A stretch of DNA of 64,000 bases, taken from Selaginella moellendorffii. Lineage: Eukaryota > Plantae > Lycopodiophyta. The notes beneath the pieces are model-generated. The model made no database searches, was not told the origin of the DNA, and saw nothing but the letters and a program-made list of their open reading frames with translations. Both the position numbers and the translations under genes were made by a program. Every line of letters starts with the position of its first letter. Position 1 is the first letter of the stretch. Below are positions 34,630 to 47,347 of this stretch, one piece after another. The stretch lies in contig NW_003314392.1 of NCBI RefSeq assembly GCF_000143415.4, forward strand, positions 96,390 to 160,389. The letters are read 5' to 3'.

Positions 34630-37600
34630 ATGGAACGTCGTCCAGCACCCAGCAACAATGGAGGACGAGCCAAGCCTCAGCCGTTCACACTTGGAAGGGG
34701 CACTCGAGGCCGCGGCCTTAGTATCCGACTGCCCCAGGGAGGGATGCTGAAGGGAAGAGCTGCCAACAGCAAAACCCCAATCACTGGCAAGAGGACATCG
34801 CTGGGCTCTCCAGGGGACAGTGAGAAGCTAGGTTCAAGTGGCACGGCAGGAAGCAGTGAGCACACAATCAGTGAGCAAACAGGCTCGAGGCAGAAATCAC
34901 ACCACACGGACAGTGACTACCTTGCAGAGTGCGCAGCCATGGATCTTCATGAAGAAGTCGTGCAGGGTACCAGGGAGATGATGTTCAGGGCTCAGCACAC
35001 TCATCAGCTTCTCAAAGAACTGGCAAACACACCAAAGGACACACTGGAAAAGCTAGTCTCACTGGAACAGGACGGTGGTGCACACAGAAGTAGCTTGGCA
35101 ACGAAGGAGGAGCCACCAGCACCAGATACAGTCCTTGAGCCCGGTTCAGGACGTCTTGGGAACCAACAGGAAGAAGATGAAGCAATGGACGAGGTGATCC
35201 TACCTGGAAACACAGGGGTGGCGATGCACAAGTCACTAGAAGAGGAGCTGCGTAGGAGCAGTGACGGTGCAGGAGAGCAGAAGCCTTCAAGGGCACAAGG
35301 ATCTGGGCCAGGGACGTCTCAACCAGCCTCACCACCCACGCAGCATGGTTCCACAGTACAACAAAGCTGTGCGCTGAACAGAGAAGTACAGGAAGTAAGT
35401 GGATTCCTAGGCTCGGGAGATCTAGCCAGTGGAGATGGACCACGGGAAGAGGTGGCCACAAGCAGAGCTCTAGACTTGAACTTCCTCACCCCCATCACTG
35501 AGTGCATGGGACGTAGAGTGGCTCTCAACGTGGGGAAGACGGCCTATGGAAAAACCAAAGGTAGGACATGCCCTAATCCAAGTAAGAACAGGAGTGGCGT
35601 CACCACTAGGGCAGCGGCAGCAGCAATGAGGGCAGCCACGGTTGTGGAGATACCAATAGGTTGTCATGCACAAGAGTCAAGAGCGGATCCAGAAGGAGAG
35701 AAGGGCTTGGAGACGCCAAATGACCAAACGAGGGGGCACAAGGAAACGCCAGAGGTACACAGGACAGAGGCAAAGGAGCCGGTGAAGGCCTCAAGTGAAA
35801 GCCAAGGCCAGTCCAAGAGAGGGCCACTCAGCCAGAAGTTTTCTCACAGGTGCCTCTCGGATCTGACCAACAAAGTGAGAACATCTCTACCGGGCTCTCC
35901 GGTGAAGTCGGTAGGATCTCGACTTAAGAGCAGGACATCTCCCAGTCATCAGCCTGACCGTGAGCCCCAGCTACCGGTTCTGCAACAATGTATGCCACAC
36001 CAGACAGAAGAAGGACTGCTGCAATGGGATCCTCGAACCTTTGCAAAGGCTTTGCGGGAGGCCACTCAGAACGAAGTTCAGCTCCACCAAGACATACTCA
36101 CTGCTGAAGTATGGCACCAGGAGACTCACCCCAAGGGAGAAGACCGAAATCTTGGCCCCGCTCTCAGGGAAGCCCTCGATCTCGCGACTCAGGCACTAGT
36201 CACACCAAAAGAACAAGAGTACACAAACAGCCAGGAGGCCCAACAAGCTAAAGTGCAAGAGGAAGTTACAAGCACGTGGAAGGAACAAGAGGAGCAGGAA
36301 GTGGAACAACAAAGAGACCAAGACAAGGAGATCCCGGAAGCCAGCAAAAAGGTGGAGACGCAAAAGGAGGAATCGATTCTGGGGAACAGAGCGAAGCCTC
36401 TGGCGCTACTGCTGGAAGAACAGGAGGAGGAGATGAAGCGAATGGGACAGGAGAGGGAAAGAGAGGCCAAAAAGAACAAGACGGAGAAAAAGAAAGAACG
36501 CAAGGTGGCGCGTAGGAAGTTAAAGTCCCAAAGTAGTTCAAAGGAGGCCCTCGCATGGGCAAAAGAGGTGGAGGAGTTCCTCCACGAGGAGGAAACGTGT
36601 TCTGAGGAGGACCAGGAGCAGCAGAAGGGTAGCACAGCAAAAGAAAAAGCACAGGGAGCCTTGGCAGGACGTGGGTGGGAAAAGGTGGAGGACAAGTGTC
36701 GGACCACACCACAGCAAGGCCCGGAGGACCCAGGGGAGCAAGGGGACTTGAGAGTTGAGCAAGAACAAGAAGGCTGCCCCGCACAAGGAAAGGTGGTAAA
36801 GGAAATCCCGCACACAGAAGCCTCTAAGACGAAGCCTCACGCCGGAGAGTCAGGGAAACGAGCTGGAACAGCGCTAGGTGCCAAGGGGATGGCAAAGGCA
36901 GTCAAGCTGGGCGAGGCTCTCAGCCAGGTGGTGGCAGCTAGGGAAGAAGAACTACGACATAGAGCAGTGATTGCAGTATTCAGGGGGAAGTTTCCCACTG
37001 GCCGCATGGCCATGGACTGGCTGAATGCTACGTTGGAGCAGGGGATTACAATCAAGAACTTGCTCCCACATGGTCGTGGATGCTACACAGTGGTGTTTGA
37101 GACAGAGGAGGCGCGGGCTCGAGCAGAGGAGCTGCATGGACTCATCGATGATAGCTGGGCGGTGTCCTTCCACCCGTGGATTCCAAGGTTCACGGCAGAC
37201 GACCAGGCACGGCTGAAGGGGGGAAGTGTCCCACTTAACGTGGCACTGTGGGACATCCCAATGGAGATGAGGATTAAAGAGGTGATACGAGAGCTCGTCG
37301 AGGGAAGCATCGGGCAGATCGCCTCGGGACTAGACACCGTGGATGCGGAGGGCATTCTGGGCCCTGTGAGACTTAAGGTCTTTGTCTCATCCCCAGCAGA
37401 ACTCCCTACGGAGATAGCAGTCCTGGGACAGTACGTTCGTATACAGGTGGAAAACGCAGCACCACGCTGTGGTTGGTGCCTACAGTCGGGGCACAGCGAG
37501 AATGCGTGCACGACCAAACGACCCAAGCTTGCTCCAGGACGTCCCTTTGAACTCCCAGAGGCCGTGGAGAAGCAGCTGAAGCAGCGTCCTCTAGAGCAGG

Positions 37601-38016
37601 CTCCACACATCCGGTTCCCAAGCGCACCACCTTTCTCGGGACCTGATTCACGGCCCAGAATGTTCGAGAGCCCGATTGCTGAAAAGGACGGAGAAGGCTT
37701 TCAGCAGGTTCTTCCTCGGACTGTGAACATGGCAGTCAGATGGATCCCACCCAGGAGAGAATTAACAACCACAGAGGTGGGAGACTGGCTGATGTACCGA
37801 GGGCACACGGCCTTCCCAGAGGTCATCACGCTTGGCGATTACCAGACCCGAATGGAACGTGCCATCACTGAGTGGACGGGATTTTCAGAATACGCAGTGA
37901 GGGGCTTCTCTTGGACTAAGTACAGGGGGAGGCTCACTGCAGTATGGACCATCTCCTCGGAATGGAGGGCGAGGCCTAGCAGCACGGTTTTCTCTTGGAA
38001 GTATGTTGCTCCATGA
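34630..38016 (+). CDS. LINE ORF1 (~1128 aa), copy 2
   Basis: Near-identical to ORF1 copy 1, with an in-frame 10-aa deletion (QGEEVSRCLT); zinc knuckle intact. Confidence 0.88.
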   Translation: MERRPAPSNNGGRAKPQPFTLGRGTRGRGLSIRLPQGGMLKGRAANSKTPITGKRTSLGSPGDSEKLGSSGTAGSSEHTISEQTGSRQKSHHTDSDYLAECAAMDLHEEVVQGTREMMFRAQHTHQLLKELANTPKDTLEKLVSLEQDGGAHRSSLATKEEPPAPDTVLEPGSGRLGNQQEEDEAMDEVILPGNTGVAMHKSLEEELRRSSDGAGEQKPSRAQGSGPGTSQPASPPTQHGSTVQQSCALNREVQEVSGFLGSGDLASGDGPREEVATSRALDLNFLTPITECMGRRVALNVGKTAYGKTKGRTCPNPSKNRSGVTTRAAAAAMRAATVVEIPIGCHAQESRADPEGEKGLETPNDQTRGHKETPEVHRTEAKEPVKASSESQGQSKRGPLSQKFSHRCLSDLTNKVRTSLPGSPVKSVGSRLKSRTSPSHQPDREPQLPVLQQCMPHQTEEGLLQWDPRTFAKALREATQNEVQLHQDILTAEVWHQETHPKGEDRNLGPALREALDLATQALVTPKEQEYTNSQEAQQAKVQEEVTSTWKEQEEQEVEQQRDQDKEIPEASKKVETQKEESILGNRAKPLALLLEEQEEEMKRMGQEREREAKKNKTEKKKERKVARRKLKSQSSSKEALAWAKEVEEFLHEEETCSEEDQEQQKGSTAKEKAQGALAGRGWEKVEDKCRTTPQQGPEDPGEQGDLRVEQEQEGCPAQGKVVKEIPHTEASKTKPHAGESGKRAGTALGAKGMAKAVKLGEALSQVVAAREEELRHRAVIAVFRGKFPTGRMAMDWLNATLEQGITIKNLLPHGRGCYTVVFETEEARARAEELHGLIDDSWAVSFHPWIPRFTADDQARLKGGSVPLNVALWDIPMEMRIKEVIRELVEGSIGQIASGLDTVDAEGILGPVRLKVFVSSPAELPTEIAVLGQYVRIQVENAAPRCGWCLQSGHSENACTTKRPKLAPGRPFELPEAVEKQLKQRPLEQAPHIRFPSAPPFSGPDSRPRMFESPIAEKDGEGFQQVLPRTVNMAVRWIPPRRELTTTEVGDWLMYRGHTAFPEVITLGDYQTRMERAITEWTGFSEYAVRGFSWTKYRGRLTAVWTISSEWRARPSSTVFSWKYVAP

Positions 38017-41000
38017 CCACGCTCACAGTGCTCACGTGGAACTGTCGGGGACTCAGCTCTGAGGACAGTAGACTCAACAAGAGAGTACAGCTCAAGTCCC
38101 ACATCCGGGAGATTGGCTTAGAGGGGAGGATCGACATACTGTGCATACAAGAGCACAAGATGGTGAAGGCTCCAGACTTCAATTTGGGCATGCACGGGAG
38201 AATTTGGTGGAATCCGGCCACGCAAGTGAGAACACGGTGTGGAGGAGGAACAGCGATCATCGTCTCTACCAAGTGGTCAGCGCAGGTACGTGACCACAGG
38301 GTGCTGGTCCCAGGGAAAGCACAGCTGTTGGTCATACACCTACACTTTGGACGTGTTGGGGTTGTCAACGTGTATGCACCCACTCGAAGAAGGGAGCGCG
38401 CACAAATGTGGACAGATATCCAGCAGAGCACTCAAGAGGTGGCGGACGAGTGGCTTGTGGTAGGAGACTTCAACATGGTGGAGGGTTTGAGTGACCGGCG
38501 AGGTTCACTGGAAACCATACAGGGGAGAGAGAGAAAGAATTGGACAGCGCTAGTCGAAGCCTTGGGAGTCTTGGACCTCCAGCACGCAGAGGGGTTCGCT
38601 GCACACTCTCACCCATTCACAAGATGCCAATCGACAGGGTGCCAAGCTCGACTGGACAGGATTTACGCTTCCACCAGGCTGCGACAAGACGGAGGGGGAC
38701 TCAAAACGTGGCCCGCGTTTGCCACCTTTTCAGACCACGACCCACTCCGAGGCATTCTCAAGCTACAGGCGGTGAAAGGAACAGCGGTGCAGAGGAAGAT
38801 CACCAAAGCCACAATGGTCGACCCGGTAGCAGTGAAGCTCGTCCAGGAAACACTAGACAGCAGCAAAGGGGAACTTGTCTTGGCACTAGGGACTTGCTCC
38901 ACTAAGCTTCGGGAAAGGCAAGCGGCTCTCAAAGGGGAAGTCCTGAAAGAGGTGAGACTGGCGAGAAAAAAGGTGGCGGCGGCCCAGAGAATGGTCCTAC
39001 ATGCAAACGACAAGGCCAGATGGACAGCAACACTGGATGAGAGGGAAGCAGAGCTGCGGGACAAAGAATATGCAGCATGGAGTGCCGGACTCCGATCCAT
39101 GGAGGATAGCTGGGTGATGAATGAACGGCTTCTCAACAAAGCATTCTACAAAGGGATCCGTCCAGTCACCGACTCCCCCCCGATCCTAGGACTGAAGAAG
39201 GACGATGGAGAAGTGGTCGAGGACCAACAGGGAATGCAGGGGCTGGCCCAGGAGTTTTACCAGAAGCTGTACACGGCCCAGCCCTGGTCCCCGGATAGGA
39301 GAGAAGCTGCAGGCAGAGTGCTGTCTACTCTTCCATGCAGAGTTCCCGGCGAGTACCTGGAGATGTTGGTGGCCGACTTTTCATTGGAAGACCTCCATCG
39401 GGCCCTGGAGCAGCTGAACGATGACAAGATGCCAGGTATGGACGGCCTCCTTCCGGCATTCTATGAGGAGTATTGGGACGACGTTGGCCTGATGCTCCTA
39501 GAGACATGGCAAGACGCACAGAATACAGGGATGCTGCCAGGAGAGATACTAGAGGGACAAATCGCATTGATTCCGAAACGGGGTGACCTCCAGGAACTCA
39601 GGAACTGGCGCCCCATAACCATGCTCAACACGTCGTACAAGATATACGCAAAGGCGATGGCACTCAAGCTGCAACCAGTCATGCCCCTCATCATCAGAGA
39701 ACAGCAAACTGGATTTGTGCCGGGACGACAGATCGCAGAAAACATATGGACGTACCTCCTGGCACAGAGGTGGGCAAACGTCTCAAATCAACAGATAGTA
39801 GCATGGCTACTAGACTTTGAGAAGGCCTATGATCGAGTTGATTGGGACTTCTTGGAGGATTGCATGCGGAGGATAGGGATCCCGGCAAGGACTGTCTCGC
39901 GTATTTCACTTCTCTACAGGGGAGCTGCAAGCCGGGTCACACTGAATGGAGAGATAGGCCCGACCTTCCACTTGGGACGCTCAGTGAGACAGGGATGTCC
40001 ACTCGCCCCCTACCTGTTCCTGATAGTAGCAGAAACACTGGGCTCTTTCCTCGCGCATGGGGAGGATGTAAAAGGCTTGGTGCTGCCCTCTGAACGGCTA
40101 CAACTCCCAGGAACTCAAGTTGTGACACAAGAGCTGCAAGACGGGGCATTTGCAGATGACACCGCACTCTTCCTACTTGCCACCCCGAGGAATCTGGACG
40201 CAGCAAGGTCTAAGCTGGAGATCTTCAACAGGGCAGCGGGGGCAGCCATAAACTGGAACAAGTCAGTAGGCGTGAACTGGGGAAAGCCAGGCATTGAGAC
40301 CTGGGGACAGGAGATAGGCTTTCAGTGGCTTCGCCTTGGCGAAGACACTGGGTACCTCGGCATCCAGGTTGGGACCCGGTACAATGCGGCTACACAGGAT
40401 GACACACTTCTCAGGAGGATCCGGACCGCAGTTCAGAAGTGGACACCGAGGAAACTCGGACTCCCAGCCCGGATTGTAGTGGTCAAGAGTGTGATCCTCC
40501 CTAGCATCTGGTACCACCTCTCGATTTGGCCGGTGCTGGAAACTACACTACAGAAGGTGAGACAGATGGTGCGGACCTACGTATGGCGTGGAGCATTGGC
40601 TACAGGGCGAACCATGGCCAAGGTGGCGTGGCAATCTACAGCGAGGCCGCGCATTCTAGGGGGGCTGGGGATCATCGACCCCAGCGACATGGCGAAGGCG
40701 ATGAGGTACAAGATTTTTCTCATGGGCTTGCAACAGGGGAGACAGCCATGGCGACTCATGTTCCGGCAGAGCCTCCTAGCGATACGCCCCAAACACAATG
40801 CAGCCAAACCGTGGGAGGAGGACCCACGGTGGCTCTTCGCAGAAGGACCGATGCAGGTAGTGAGGGGGGGCAACTTCGTCCAGAGCCTTCATCGACTGTG
40901 GAGAGCCTTTCCGCTGGAGCAAACACCACCGACCAGGGCCGAGGAGTGGCTCAACCAGCCTTTGTTTTTCAACGCACTGTTCAAAGAGGGAGGTGTGACA

Positions 41001-42510
41001 CTAGGACGAGAGACACACCACACGATCTGGAGGAAAATGCACGCAAATGGATTCCGGACAATGAAGCAGTTGACGGGAGTGATTGATAGGGACTGGTGGC
41101 GAACAGCGAGAAGGACTCAAGTGTTTGGACCTTGGAAGCGACGTAACATCCTGCTGGACATTCTGCGACTCCTCCGAGTGGTGAACAACACGAAAGCCGA
41201 GAAGATGCCTTCAAGCAGGGGACTTTGTGGCGATCCAGCGGCAAACAGAGTGGGAGGAACACGATGCTGTGCGACGTCCGCTAGGGACGTGGACTCGAGC
41301 ATTCACCGCACCTACACCAGCATGGGAAGAAGGGGATGTTGAGGTGTGGTTCGTTGCTGCACCAGAGCTCAACATAGGACTGCCGTTTCGCATCACGAGA
41401 GGAGACACGCTTCTCCCGATGGGTGAGAGACAAGAGATGCCGGACGTCACGGACGATGAGGTACGTGGGAGGATTCGTGTGCTTAGGCACTCACCCAAGA
41501 GGCTGGACGTGGTGGACTCGGAAGACCTGCTGGAGGGCGATGGATCACTGATATGGTGGCGACAGCAGCTACTAGAAGATCTGGACTGGGACCCTGCTGC
41601 ATGGCGACGAGGGACAGGAAGCTTTTTCTCCTATGCAGTCAAGGAAGCGCGGAATGGACTACTGACATCACGAGAGGAGGCGAGAGAGGAGATTCCGAAG
41701 CTGTGGCAGAAATGGATAGCACAGGGGGTCGGCGCGGAGCAAGTGGTGGACAACACGATTCACTTCTGGAAGTTGCCCGTGCAGGAAAAAGTGAAAGTCA
41801 CCTCGTGGTTGGTAGTGAACAATGGACTTCCGGTTGGACAGCGATTCCAGGACGACGCGAGTCGCAGGTGCAGGGAGTGTGACAAAATCGAGACAGTCAA
41901 GCATGCACTGTGGGAGTGTGACACTGCAAAGGAAGTGTGGCGCAAGATTATTAAGGCAGGGAAGGAGTTGGGCGTGACACAGGATTTCGAGGCCCGCAGT
42001 GGGGATGTGCTTCACTGGTTTGAGGAAGCGAGGGGCCCTGCCCAGGGCCCAGCCCTACGACACATTAGGTGCAGAGGACGACACGGCTGGGGGATTCAGG
42101 TCCGGTGGGACACGACCGGGGCGGAGGTAGGAGTCCCCGTGTGGGAGGCGCTTGGACATGCTCGATGGGCAATATGGCGAGCGACGGGAGTTCAGGCCCT
42201 TTGGGAAGCACGCAACCGGGCACACTTCGAAGGGACACAGGTCAGAGTATCACAGGTACTGGCAGAGTGGTGGAGACTTACACTGGCGGCAATACGGCTT
42301 CACCATGCTATCCTCCGGGACAGGGGGAAGCTCGAGAGGCTCGAGGAGTGGCAAAAAGCATGGCTGCCATGTTTTGGTAGAGGAGATCACAAGGAGGTTC
42401 GTTGGAGATGGCGCCCCCCGGAGTCGATCTTGCGGTCAGCACGAAGGGGGGACGTGGATCTGGACGAGATACGACGGAGACGACCGCAGCCGCTTCTACT
42501 GCAGGCCTAG
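38013..42510 (+). pseudogene. LINE ORF2, copy 2: EN and RT intact, 14-nt deletion frameshift near 41197 before the C-terminal zinc finger
   Basis: ORFs 37995-41342 and 41227-42510; agggacaaagtggc is present in copy 1 and missing here. Confidence 0.93.
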
Positions 42511-42620
42511 TCTCACTTTAGATGAGGGAGATCACCACTAGGTAGCATGAGCCTTGGGCAGCATGCCCAATTTTTGTATTAGTCCCTACGGGACATTGGG
42601 GAATGTACATACACGTTTCA

Positions 42621-43466
42621 TCGACCCAGGGACCTATTTGAGTGGACTTGTTTTTAGATTGGGGGTCTCTGCCACTAGGCCTCTACCACCTCTCCGTTAC
42701 ATATTTCGTGTCGGTTAAATTTATTGGGTTTGTGGGGGAGGGGGTTTAACTAGCAAAGGGCGATTATGGGGAGCGCTTAGTGCGATTAAGTGGGGCTTAA
42801 GTTGGGGCAATCGCGGCCGTCGGTGCGGTGGGGTGGTTGACCGGCGGCGATGAGTTTGACCGGCGGTCCCCGTGACACGTGGCTAGGGCTAGGGTCTGGA
42901 TATGGGTTTTGCGCGAGTGGGCAAGATCCATGGCTCGGTTTGCGGTGGGACTTGAACCGTTGGAAAGCTTGCGTGAGTCCACCCGTTTCCACAGAAACGG
43001 ATCTGGATTTCGTCGCTCCACCGGCCCGCACCATTGCGATGGGTTTGACGCTGGGTTTTCGAGCGAGTGGGCAACATCCATGGCTCGGTTTGCGGTGGGA
43101 CTTGAACCGTTGGAAAGCTTGCGTGAGTCCACCCGTTTCCACAGAAACGGATCCCGATTTCGTTGCTCCACCGTCCCACACCATTGCAATGGGTTTTGTG
43201 CTGTTCCCGTTGCCATATCTCGTGGACCGTGGGCCCCCTTTCGCCCTTGGGCACATGGGAGCAACTGGGGCGGTGCGCGCAACTGGCCCATGTGGCCAAG
43301 TACATTTTTCCATGTCCTGGGCGCCTGCTTTTGTGGTTTTTCCCACGGAAGAAGATGCATCCCACGTGGCGATCCGTGTGCCCGCCCGCACTCCGGCACC
43401 AACGGGGCCGGCCGGCGTGACGCCCCGGTCGCGGCCGTGCCAACGGATCGCGGGCCCCATGCGTGG
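42621..43466. repeat. Last, truncated array unit (includes the 5' part of the RNA gene, 42621-42695)
   Basis: Matches the unit up to ...ccccatgcgtgg, then switches to AT-rich transposon sequence. Confidence 0.96.
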
Positions 43467-43935
43467 CCCTCACACACTATATCAGGCCTAATGAACCATA
43501 TCACATGTGCGCACATGCTATATATATGGAGAAGTATTATGCAAGGATAGAAATTCAATGCATGATTGTGGAGAGCAATGGCATGAAGCCACATGCTAAA
43601 TAACATTTTAGAGAAAGAATTAAAATAAAAACATGCAAACAGTACTGAGTGGACCAAGACTTAGAAGTGCACAATTGAATGAGGTATTTCTAATAAATAC
43701 TTCACTCACCTCATATAGGAATGGCTACCACTCTCAAATGGCGTATCGCCTCATGCCATCACCTCGCAATTTGTGATAACAATCCGATGAATTCATATTC
43801 GGCTTGTTCACCTTGAACTTTAAGTAAGATTTGCTAGAACAACTAAGAATTTATACTTGTTATTTGTATCATCTCACCTAGGAATGGCGTAAGGCCACAT
43901 GCCATCACGCCTCCTCTGATTCAGATTCGGATTGT

Positions 43936-46073
43936 TCACCTTGAAATAAAATACATTAGAAACTTAGTAAAGGAATATTCATGAATCTCACCTTGAACCC
44001 GGGTTATGAATGCTCTTGCTGCATCTCTTGCATGGTCTGGCAAGGTGATGGTGGCACTCTGCTTCCGCATCCAACCATGCACAACATTATCCACCGATAT
44101 GCTCATGCTGGGATCCCTTGGATTCAGCACCCATCTCTTTTCTAGGCAATCGTTCGTATATCCGGAACTTGGCTTGAACCACTCCACAGTTACATTGAAG
44201 GAGTTAGTTTCCGCGTCCTCCTCTGCATCAGTGATGCAGCGCCCCACCCATATCATTTGTTTTTTATTACTGGGTCTGACAAGCACGACCATTCCTTTGC
44301 AGACCTGTACTGAATTGAATGCTGAATCCGGCTTCTTGTTCCTCGGCCCACAATAGTGATCCTCAACATCGTTATCTGTCACTGCATTTCCAGAGGACAT
44401 TGTTCCGCTACTATCTGGTGCTCTGGGTTCTGGCCAAAAGGACTCTTCCAATTCTTCATATACAACCGGCCCATTTTGGATAGCAGATATAATCTTCTCC
44501 CAGTATTCGAGCAAAGGCTTGCACCTCTGAAAATAGGATTCTCCACCAAACACCAACCCCCTCTTCCAGAAGGCAATATGCTGTCTAATCCCGGCCACTA
44601 TACTTTCCTGGTCTTTGAGTCCATCCGGTTGCATCGGCCGTGGGGAACCCTGAGGAATCATAGGTTCCCCAGTTATGGGATCTCTCTTGAAGAGTTCAAT
44701 GCCGTCCACTGGCAGCCACACTGTGTCCCATTCTCTCATCTTGTACCTCATCACTGGAGCACTGTCATGCATGCTGAAATGAAACTGAAGAGGCTTGGAG
44801 TGGCCAATCAGCGTTTCGGATCCGTCCCTGATGTAGCCTCTTACAAACCCCTTAAAGTCTGGAACCTCTGTCACAAGTGCAGCTTCAACAGTGCCTTTGA
44901 TGCAATTTTGGAATTCATCGTAGAATTGTGGGAGGGTGAGGACATTGGATCGCCGGAGGGACTCTGCCAGGTGACTGAACATGGCATCGACATCTTCATG
45001 AGTGTGCCCAACCATGAGAAAGCCAAGTGTAACTGTTTCAAATATGCCTTTGGCAACAAGCATCGCCAAGTACGCGAAGACGTACATGTTTTTGTTCTCA
45101 CTGCCAGCATTGTCTGTTTGGAGCAGAAGATGGGGTGGAAGGCCACATCGGCTGCAAGAACTTCCTTGAGATTCTGCTTCGTTTGGATGAGGCTGTGCAT
45201 TCACCGGGCGACCAGCCTCATTGGAATGGCATGAGGCCTCACGTGATAACCCTACAATCTGACGGCCAACATATTCACTGGGATGGCATGGGGCCCCATG
45301 CGATACTGCAAGCCTTTGCTCCTCCTCCAGTTGAACCTTGTATGGGGTTCGATCGACAAGGGCCTTATGCAAGGGTTGGCCGTTCAGCTCAGTCTGCGCA
45401 CTTTGCAGAGACCTTAAGTGTTTTTCTAGGGATGCAATCATCATGTTTGCACCCCCGCCACCCCAAGAGGTACAAAGAAGTTCCCATAGTTCTGGGCACC
45501 ATGCCCATGAGCGATTATGCCAAACAGAGACACAGGCAGCTGCATGGATGAAGAGATTGCCTTGGGGGTAGGATTGAGTCGAGGTAAGCACGTCTTTTTC
45601 TGGTCCATTTTGTCGTGGATGATGCAGAGGTAAGAGTTAGGTCTCTCCATGGAGAGAATCCTGTTATGATAATATGCAGTCCTGCAGCTTCTCTGCTCGA
45701 TGTTGTGGTCAAGCCGCTTTCTAACCAACGTCTCTCGCTCTTGAGCGCTGCAAGAATTCTTCGACAAAGCCATTTTGATAGCAGTGCACTCGTCACACTT
45801 TGAAAAGCTGGAGTACTTTCCTATACTCACATCCCTGAACCTGTTGCTCCACAATCTACTAAATCTAGATTGGCTCAGCTTCCTGTAGCCATTACTCTGG
45901 AGTTCCCGATTCACATCTTCCAATATGGCCCCCTTGGTATACATGGAAGGGAGAACTCGTTGGGTGTCTCGTGTTCCATCTTCCAAGAGGCGGGTTTTAT
46001 GTGGTTGCTGCTCGCTACATGTCTCGACAAACCTCTTGAAGATTGCCTCTCCATATACAACATGACCCCTGGT
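43936..46073 (-). pseudogene. DDE/DDD-type transposase (Sola-like / DUF7869-like), catalytic part present, frameshifted and N-terminally deleted
   Basis: Motifs FSKCDEC, CIIHDKMDQ, LQTDNAGSENKN and FLMVGHTHEDVDAMFS. Relative to the second copy it has a 1-bp deletion near 45465 and a ~1.3-kb deletion at ~46073. The family name is from recalled motifs, not a search. Confidence 0.7.
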
Positions 46074-47347
46074 GCCGAATATTAAGAGGAAGCGGTAGCC
46101 ACACCAAAGACAGTGTTGCTCGCAACACCGCAACTACTCGTAGCGCCGCTCGCAACACCGCAACTGCTCGTAGCGCCGCTCGCACAAACTGCCACTCGCA
46201 TAAACTGCCGCTCGCAATGCCGCAACCGCTCGTAGACGCATAAACCACAGCTCACAACGCCGCTTACACAAGCAGCGCTCACTGCGCTCAGCGGAACCAA
46301 GAACACGGCACACAAAAATGATAGACCTAGGAATGAGTTCGAGAATTCAAAAATAACACACGCTTGAACGTCACATCAAATCCTCTGACAAACCAGATCT
46401 TATGATTCCTCTGACAAATTTCAAACTGAGTAGCTTCTAGATTTTGCTGTCGGAGGTTGAACTTTGTCACATCATGTCCTTGCCTCGATCCAGCTGTGCC
46501 ATGTCAGTGATTCGAACTTTGCCATGCCATGTCAGCGATCCGCGCCAAGATTATTCGCCGTGTAAAGGAATAATTATGCTGTGTGTGTACGTCCATTTAT
46601 GGCAATATAAGGCCACACGCCATTCAAAGAATAATGCTCGACATAAGGCCACACGCCATTCAAAGAATAATGCTAGTCGAGCATTTTTTGGTGCATTTTT
46701 GGGTTCAAAATTGCATGAGCCCACACGCTATAAAGTTTACCTGTACCAAAAATAGAAACAGCTTTATTTACTTGGGAATTTAAGTGGTTAAGGCATTTTT
46801 AAACTTACAAACACATGCCCTACTTACATTCCTTTGGTTGCTTAAAATTCAAAAATATTATAAACCTTTCTTTTTGCATTTTCAATGTTTTCAATTATGG
46901 TTTTTGATTTTCGCAGGACCAGCCTAGTAATCTATTTGCATCCCGTCATGTTTATAGCTAGCTTTCGTTTGTCCCCTTCGCTAGCCTGAGATACATTTTC
47001 TCGGCATCTGCCTCTTACAGCATTTGCCCAGAAAGGGCATCTTTCTTCACGCAGCATTTGCCACATGTTTAGGGTTTAGGGTTTAGCAATTTAGTAGCTT
47101 GATAAACATGCAAATACAGAACTTGATGCAAAATCCTTTGATATGTCACAATGCCCCTAGGACCATAAACACATTTCAATAGAGAGGGTCCTTTCATTTC
47201 ATAACTCCTTACGTAGATCTTGGTGAAACCAGAGTTAGTGAAGTTAGTTTCTTGTGATCCCGCATCTGATTGTGATGTCCCTTTGCAGTGTCGATGGAAA
47301 GGTCAATGCACACCAAACTGTAAAATCTTGAAGCAAAATAACGGTCA
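46074..47347. repeat. Transposon upstream region, duplicated at ~60674-61972
   Basis: Near-identical direct copy, including 30-bp and 36-bp tandem repeats and TTTAGGG runs. Confidence 0.92.
47068..47086 (+). repeat. Short interstitial TTTAGGG run (also 61678-61710)
   Basis: tttagggtttagggtttag; Arabidopsis-type telomeric motif. Confidence 0.8.

Larger units (their letters stand above)
34454..42620 (+). mobile_element. Non-LTR retrotransposon (L1/Tx1 group), family A copy 2, with perfect 16-bp TSD
   Basis: TSD tcgacccagggaccta at 34438-34453 and 42621-42636; highly similar to copy 1. Confidence 0.97.
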
